Assembly (NCBI RefSeq): GCF_964213995.1
Contig: NC_135811.1
Coordinates: forward strand, 77,438,001 to 77,502,000
Source: Mustelus asterias
Taxonomy: Eukaryota
Direction of reading: 5' to 3'
Length of the DNA stretch: 64,000 bases
The translations under genes and the position numbers were made by a program. The notes beneath the pieces are model-generated. The model was not told the DNA's origin. It worked only from the letters and a program-made list of their open reading frames with translations, and searched no databases. Positions 63,146 through 64,000 of this stretch are shown piece by piece. Every line of letters begins with the position of its first letter. The stretch's first letter is position 1.

Positions 63146-64000
63146 AGGGTGTGATCTTACCGGCTCGCTGTGCCCGTTGATTAGCATAACGAGCTGGATA
63201 GATAGCGTGAGAGGCCAAAGATCCGATTCATGAATTGGATTGGTATCTTCCCGGCCCTGTTTTACTGGTGAGAATGGCTTCGCATCCAGGAAGGGCTCAT
63301 TAACACAGGATTGCCTGGATCTCCATATAATTAGGGAATCCGGCACAGCTGCTTCTCCCCTCCCGGATGCTTCCAACCTCACCAGTAGGCAGTGCCTGCC
63401 TCGTAGTGCCCACCTGGCATCATGGCCATGCCCACCTAGCACCCTAGCAGTACTCACCTGGCACCATGGCAGTGCCCAGCTGGCACTCTGGCACCATATG
63501 ACAGAGGCAGTACCAAGGGGATAGGGTCTATATGGGGGTGGAGCATGAGTGGGGGAGTGAGGCTGTGTTAGGGGGCTATGAGTGGAGTCTATGCACAATG
63601 ACTATGAGGGGCGTCTATGCACTCTGACAGAGAGCTATGCGCAATGACAAGGGGCTATGCATGGGTGGGCCTATCAGGAGGGAGGGTCATTTTGGAGGTT
63701 GCTAAGCAGGGGGATTGTTCAAGGGGTATCGTGCAGGAGTGGGTCATGGAGGGGGTCATCATGGGTGGTGGGGAGCCATGCCAGTGTCAACCAGGGGATT
63801 TACCTGGAGGGCTCTGATGCCCCGATGCCAATGAGCCGTGTCAGTTTGGGGAATACCAATGCTGTTAATGAAGGGGGTGCTCCAATGTCCGTTGGGAGAC
63901 AGGAGTGAGAGGAGGTTTTCCAGTTCACCAGCAGGTTGGGGAACGCCGCAAAATGGCGCCCAAGCACTCTGAAGCCAGCTCCCCCGGCATATTTAACCTC
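63146..64000. mobile_element. GC-rich MITE-like element running off the window end
   Basis: Starts GGGTGTGATCTTACCGGC like the 60.5 and 60.9 kb elements; GGCAGTGCC-rich interior. Confidence 0.5.

Overview
Eukaryotic (vertebrate) genomic DNA, most likely a shark/elasmobranch judging by HE1/V-SINE-like, CR1 and Penelope repeat content. Positions 1-37.8 kb hold a tandem array of five intact, near-identical, 4-exon type I interferon genes (184 aa, signal peptide, 4 mature Cys, CAWE motif), all on + strand. Each has a conserved IRF/ATF/NF-kB-like promoter and an AU-rich 3' UTR. A complete but decayed 8.7 kb endogenous retrovirus (tRNA-Phe PBS, two zinc knuckles, class-III-like RT, gamma-type Env with immunosuppressive domain) sits between copies 4 and 5. 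Its env is broken by a palindromic Penelope insert carrying two inverted hammerhead-ribozyme motifs. The distal 26 kb is repeat-rich (CR1, Tx1, SINEs, MITEs, solo LTR). It contains a diverged inverted IFN pseudogene whose stop codon was hit by a MITE, plus weaker candidate IFN exon relics. Insertion and indel markers among the five genes are mutually incongruent, pointing to gene conversion or unequal crossover. Most short ORFs in the supplied track are spurious or repeat-derived. All alignments were done by eye; repeat boundaries are approximate unless a TSD is quoted.
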